The notes below the pieces were generated by a model. That model made no database searches and was not told the DNA's origin. It saw only the letters and a list, made by a program, of their open reading frames with translations. From Chloroflexota bacterium (GTDB taxonomy: Bacteria > Chloroflexota > Anaerolineae > UBA1429), in contig JAAYAW010000085.1 of assembly GCA_012719135.1 (NCBI GenBank), positions 2,067 to 66,066 of the forward strand: a stretch of 64,000 nucleotides of DNA, read 5' to 3'. How positions within the stretch are numbered: position 1 is the first letter of the stretch; each line of letters begins with the position of its first letter. Of the stretch, positions 56,104-64,000 are shown piece by piece. Made by a program: the position numbers and the translations under genes.

Positions 56104-56784
56104 ATGAGCCGTCGAAGCACCTGGGCGCTGGCGGTTCTTGGAGCGATCGTTCTGGTCGGGGCATCTATCTGGGTGGCGCGCTCCGGTCTGTTGGACCGCT
56201 TTAGTGATTGGGATGCAATGGATGCGCTCCTCGGGCGGTTGGGTCCCTGGAGCGCCGTGTTCCTGTGGGTCGCACAGATCGTCCAGGTGCTTGTGCCGGT
56301 CATCCCCAGCCAGCTGTTGGGCATGGCCTCCGGCTATCTCTACGGCCCAATCTGGGGAACGTTGTTGTCCGGCCTGGGCGTTATCGTGGGCTCCTGGGTG
56401 GCCATCCGTCTGGCCAGACGCTATGGAAGGCCGTTCGTGGAGCGCCACGCCAGTGTGGAAACCATCGACCGCGTGGACGAGCTCTCCCATCGCTACGGGT
56501 CCTGGGCGTTCTTCCTCGTCGCGTTGATCCCGGTTCTGCCCACCGATGTCGGTTGTTTCGTGGCGGGGCTCACGCCCCTCAAGACGAGAACACTCCTTCT
56601 GCCCATCATGCTCGGCCGGCTTCCAGGGGTACTCTTGCTCAACATCCTGGGGGCGACTTCCACCGCGATCAGCCTGGAGACGATGCTCATCGTCACGGCG
56701 GTGACTCTGTGCGTCGCGGCGCTCCTCTTTCAGTTGCGCGGGAGGCTGGAGGCCGCGGCGCACAGAGCGCTGCAAAAGCTGTAG
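56104..56784 (+). CDS. DedA/TVP38 family membrane protein
   Basis: Conserved DedA core (VLVPVIPSQLLGMASGYLYGPIWG...G). ATG at 56104 follows the GNAT stop by 1 nt; the track ORF begins upstream inside the GNAT gene. Confidence 0.7.
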   Translation: MSRRSTWALAVLGAIVLVGASIWVARSGLLDRFSDWDAMDALLGRLGPWSAVFLWVAQIVQVLVPVIPSQLLGMASGYLYGPIWGTLLSGLGVIVGSWVAIRLARRYGRPFVERHASVETIDRVDELSHRYGSWAFFLVALIPVLPTDVGCFVAGLTPLKTRTLLLPIMLGRLPGVLLLNILGATSTAISLETMLIVTAVTLCVAALLFQLRGRLEAAAHRALQKL

Positions 56785-56807
56785 AGCGGCCGGCGGCGCG
56801 CCGGATT

Positions 56808-58904
56808 CTAGATCAGCAACTCGTCGATGGCTGTGCGGAGCTCGCCCAGCCCAAAGGGCTTCATCAGGTACGGCAGATTCTTTCTGGTCAGGAAAAAGTG
56901 GGTGCTGCTGCCGATGCTGTCCCCGGTGATAAAGAGCACCCTGCCCTCCAGGCCGGGATAGTAGGTCTGGATTTCCTCATAGAGACGCGCGCCGCCCATG
57001 TTCGGCATCCGGATGTCGCTGATCACCAGATCGAACGGAACGCCGCGCTCGTGGGCCTGCCGCAGATACCGAAGCGCCTCCTCTCCATCCCTGCCGAGAA
57101 GCACGCGATGGCCGTCCTGATTGAGCACGCGCTGTACGACGCGCGCCACGGGTTCCTCATCCTCCACCAGGAGCACCAGCTTGTTGGTCACCCGAGGGCT
57201 CTGGTCCACCTCGTCCTCTGCTGAGCTCTCGGGGACCTCGTCGGTGTAGGGCAACGCCACGACAAACTCGGCCCCCTCAACGGACTCCTCATTGGCCCAG
57301 ATGCGCCCGTTATGTTCGCCTACGATGCCAAAGCAGATGCTCAGGCCGAGGCCAGTGCCCTTCCCGACCTCTTTGGTGGTGTAAAAGGGCTCAAAGAGAT
57401 GGCGCTTGGTCTCCTCGCTCAGGCCAGGCCCGCTATCGGCGATGTGGACGTGGACCATGTGCCCGGCCCGTTCCGTCCACACGCGCAGCCGGCCGCCGCC
57501 AGAAGAGGCCGTCATCGCATCCCGTGCATTGGAGATCAGGTTAAAGAACACCTGTTGTAGTTGGTGAGGATCCCCCATGACCGCAAGGGCATCGTCGGAG
57601 AGTTGGAGTTCGACGGAGATATTCTCGATGCGCAGTTGGTAGGCCTGAAGCTCAAGCGTCTGCTGAAGCAGGAGGTTGATGTCCGTCGGGCGTCGCATGG
57701 AGGAGTGCTCCCGCGCAAACGTCAGAAGGTTCCGCACGATGCGAGCCGCTCGCTGGGCCTGCTCGTGGATGCGTGTCACATCCTGCCGCACCTGGGGATC
57801 CAGTCCATCGGTCATCTGTAGCAACTGGGCATAGCCGCTGATGGCAGCCAGAGGGTTGTTCAGTTCGTGCGTTATGCCGGCGATCAGCTGTCCGATGGCC
57901 GAGAGTTTCTCGGACTGAATCAGCTGCGCTTGCGTGTCCCGGAGATGCTCCAGGCTGTCCTGTAGATCCTGGAACAGGTCCGCGTTGTAGATCGCCGCGG
58001 CCGCCAGCGTCGCCAGTGTCATCAGCAGGCGCTCGTCGTCATGATCAAAGGCATTGGGATGTGACGAGTCCACGCTCAGGGTTCCGATTGGGTGCTCGCG
58101 GAAGATGATCGGCGCCGTCAGGAGCGAGCCGATGTGGCGCTGGTTGCCCGTTGGGAAGAATCGCGTGTCTTGAGTGGCATCCGCGATATTGACGACGCTC
58201 CCGGTGGAGAGCGCCAGTCCAGCCGCACCGATCCCGGGGCGCAGCGCGCTCGAGCGTGCACGGGGAACTCGCCTGTCCCCTTCCGCAAAGAGCACACGGG
58301 TGGCCACCAGGCGCTCGCCAGCCTCATCCAGGAGATGCAGCACGCAGTTCTTGGCGTTGGCAATCGTCTCGACACAGGAGCTCACCACCAGATCCAGGAG
58401 AGGGTCGAGTTCCACTGTGGACATAAAGGCCTGGCTGACGCGGAACAAGACGTTTTCCTGCTTGGCCTCCGCATCGCGCTCCTCGCGCATCGAGGCGGTC
58501 TCCAGGGCCAGAGAGAGCATGGCCCCAAGGGAGTCGAGAAGGCGCTCGTCGGGGGATGTGGCGCCGTAGCGAAGCACCAACAATACCGTGTCGCCGCTTG
58601 ATGTGCGGCTTCTCCAGGCCAACACTCCCAGCGACACTTCGGGAGCTCTGATCACTCCACGGAGAAAGAGACCGCTCTGATCCAGTGCTGCGGCCTCGCG
58701 CGCGCGAGCGAGATCCGGCGTTTGAGGCAGATTGTGCTCCCGCAGGCAGGAAAACCCCTTCTCATCGATCGAGTAGATCCCTCCACCTTCGGCCCGGCTG
58801 TAGTCCAGGGCAACATCCAGGATGTGAGCCGGGAGGGATTCGGCGTTTCTGCTGCGGATCCTGGCCAGTCCTGCCGACCATGATTCGGGTGTGCGAGATG
58901 TCAA
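56808..58904 (-). CDS. hybrid sensor histidine kinase/response regulator with GAF domains
   Basis: Two GAF-like N-terminal domains, HisKA H-box (ITHELNNPL), HATPase_c (N, G1 DSGPGL, G2 GTGLGLS), and a C-terminal receiver domain (LLVEDEE...D...K). Confidence 0.9.
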   Translation of the reverse strand: MTSRTPESWSAGLARIRSRNAESLPAHILDVALDYSRAEGGGIYSIDEKGFSCLREHNLPQTPDLARAREAAALDQSGLFLRGVIRAPEVSLGVLAWRSRTSSGDTVLLVLRYGATSPDERLLDSLGAMLSLALETASMREERDAEAKQENVLFRVSQAFMSTVELDPLLDLVVSSCVETIANAKNCVLHLLDEAGERLVATRVLFAEGDRRVPRARSSALRPGIGAAGLALSTGSVVNIADATQDTRFFPTGNQRHIGSLLTAPIIFREHPIGTLSVDSSHPNAFDHDDERLLMTLATLAAAAIYNADLFQDLQDSLEHLRDTQAQLIQSEKLSAIGQLIAGITHELNNPLAAISGYAQLLQMTDGLDPQVRQDVTRIHEQAQRAARIVRNLLTFAREHSSMRRPTDINLLLQQTLELQAYQLRIENISVELQLSDDALAVMGDPHQLQQVFFNLISNARDAMTASSGGGRLRVWTERAGHMVHVHIADSGPGLSEETKRHLFEPFYTTKEVGKGTGLGLSICFGIVGEHNGRIWANEESVEGAEFVVALPYTDEVPESSAEDEVDQSPRVTNKLVLLVEDEEPVARVVQRVLNQDGHRVLLGRDGEEALRYLRQAHERGVPFDLVISDIRMPNMGGARLYEEIQTYYPGLEGRVLFITGDSIGSSTHFFLTRKNLPYLMKPFGLGELRTAIDELLI

Positions 58905-60276
58905 CGATCCCCCTGTTCTCCGTTTGCTGACGGGCGAGACGGTGCGGAGTTCATGCGCTGGCGGCGCCGTTGCAGCCTCGCGAGTCTCCGGCTGAGATGC
59001 TGTAGCGCCATATCCGGGTTCGGATGCGCGATCATCCCCGTAGCGAGCCCCTGCATGGCGCGCGTGACCAGGATTTCGGCATCGCCGTATGCCTTCACGG
59101 TGTGCTCATAGTACTTGGCCAGTTCGACGTACGAGTACAGGGCGTTGTCGGCCAGACCGTCCAGCCACAGCGGCACAGCCTCCTGTACACGCCCGCTACG
59201 CTTGAGCATCGCCGCGAGCCTGCGACGAGCATCCTGCCGGATCGAGGCGTCGTTCACCGTCAGGCCCGCTCGATAGGCTTCAGCTGCCAGATCGGCGCTC
59301 TCATCGGCCTCCCGGATCCGTCCGAGGGCCGCGGGGTCGTAGGCGCCCCTCTCTGCGGCCGCCGGGGGATCGGCCAGCGCGCTCGCGGCCTCGGCCGCCA
59401 GGGTAACCATGCTCAGGATATCATACCGGTTGTGGTAATAGACCCGTGCGACGTTCTCTGTCTCGCCGGTGGCAAGGTACTCGGCATAGATTGCCGGTAT
59501 CTCATAGCCGGGGATGTCGCTATCTCCGCGCGCCACCTTGAGCAGATCCGATTCCAGGGCGCTGAGCGCACAGGAGGCCAGAAGCCGGCCCCAGAGCCGC
59601 CTGGCTGTGGGCAAAAGATCCAGGTGCGCCATGCCCGAGAGCGGCGAACGCTCCCATCCGTTCAGAATGTAGCGTGTCTCGAGTACCGGCAGGTCAAAAC
59701 TGCGCCCGTTAAAGCTGATCAGGCCTGCAGCGTTGGCCGCCTCCGCCTCGATTCGTTCCAGGAGAAGGGGCTCATCGCCATAGTCGGGCGCCAAGTACTG
59801 GCGCACAACGAACGAATCGGCACCCACGTCAACTCGGCCGATGCCCACCATAAAGGCAAACGTGCCTGGCCCCCTGCCCAGACCCGTGGTCTCCGTATCG
59901 ATCAGCAGCGCACCGGCCAGATCGAACGGCTCCCGCCGGGTGTAAAGGAGCGCGGGCCAGTCCGCTTGGGCTCCGACGACAAATTCGCGCAGCATCCGCT
60001 CGCCGTGTCGCTCGCTCAGCGGAACACGCGTCTCGCCCACATACAACGAATGCCCGGCGGAGCGGAGCCAATAGCCAGGGACAAGCGACTCCAGCGGGGG
60101 TGCCGTGCGGCCAACCGATATGGCCTTCGCCCCGTTGTTGCTCTGCTGACCAAGGATGTTGGTGATTCGATCCCGGATATCCACCGTCACTCCGGTTGCG
60201 TGCCTCTGGCCCCAGTTCGCCCGAGAGGGCGTTTCAGCGATTATAGCATCGGCCGAGCACCCGAAAAAGCGGATCG

Positions 60277-60280
<4 letters not shown>
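58901..60280 (-). CDS. RNase H-like 3'-5' exonuclease with TPR-like C-terminus (YprB/MrfB-like, COG3359)
   Basis: DEDD exonuclease motifs (LLIDTETTGL; SFNGRSFDLPVL; YHNRYDILS) and a C-terminal helical repeat region. 4-nt overlap with the upstream helicase gene. Confidence 0.75.

Positions 60281-64000
<3,720 letters not shown>

Overview
High-GC (~65-68%) bacterial chromosomal window, gene-dense on both strands, with sigma70-like TTGACA/TATAAT promoters and strong GC hairpin terminators. Gene content suggests Chloroflexota/Thermomicrobia or a similar thermophile, but this is a low-confidence guess. About 50 protein genes are supported.

Housekeeping genes: pyrG, argF, der, miaB, uvrA, uvrB, glmS, cmk, rluB, a partial ligA, and an aconitase-family gene followed by an IDH-family gene.

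Signalling and cell wall: cdaA-cdaR (c-di-AMP synthesis and its regulator), a TPR lytic transglycosylase, a DD-carboxypeptidase, and a hybrid GAF histidine kinase.

Carbohydrate genes: a GH42 beta-galactosidase and a GH29 alpha-L-fucosidase.

Redox genes: a tungsten-type aldehyde:ferredoxin oxidoreductase, DUF362, a Cys-rich 4Fe-4S protein, DUF438/hemerythrin, and a CoADR-rhodanese-TusA-DsrE fusion.

There is a complete hydrogenase maturation operon hypABFCDE (minus strand, 29986-35786) with no hydrogenase structural genes in the window.

Most notable observations:
1. A single ORF fusing a YvcK/GlmR(CofD)-like domain to a PMM/PGM-type phosphohexomutase (40716-42986). It is convergent with glmS, whose 5' leader carries a recognisable glmS ribozyme (about 45015-45190, minus strand).
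2. A ligA-mrfA(YprA-like helicase)-mrfB(YprB-like exonuclease)-hybrid kinase co-directional cluster.
3. A PflX-type radical SAM gene sitting between uvrB and uvrA.
4. An MFS transporter immediately downstream of hypE that is interrupted by an in-frame TAG at codon 23.
5. A four-domain CoADR-Rhd-TusA-DsrE persulfide-reductase-like fusion.

No rRNA, tRNA, CRISPR or transposase signatures were seen. Many long ORFs in the track are antisense artefacts of the high GC content and were rejected.

Caveat: hand-derived start coordinates may be off by 1 nt in places. My base counting disagreed with the ORF track by 1 nt around 6960-7160, and I trusted the track there.
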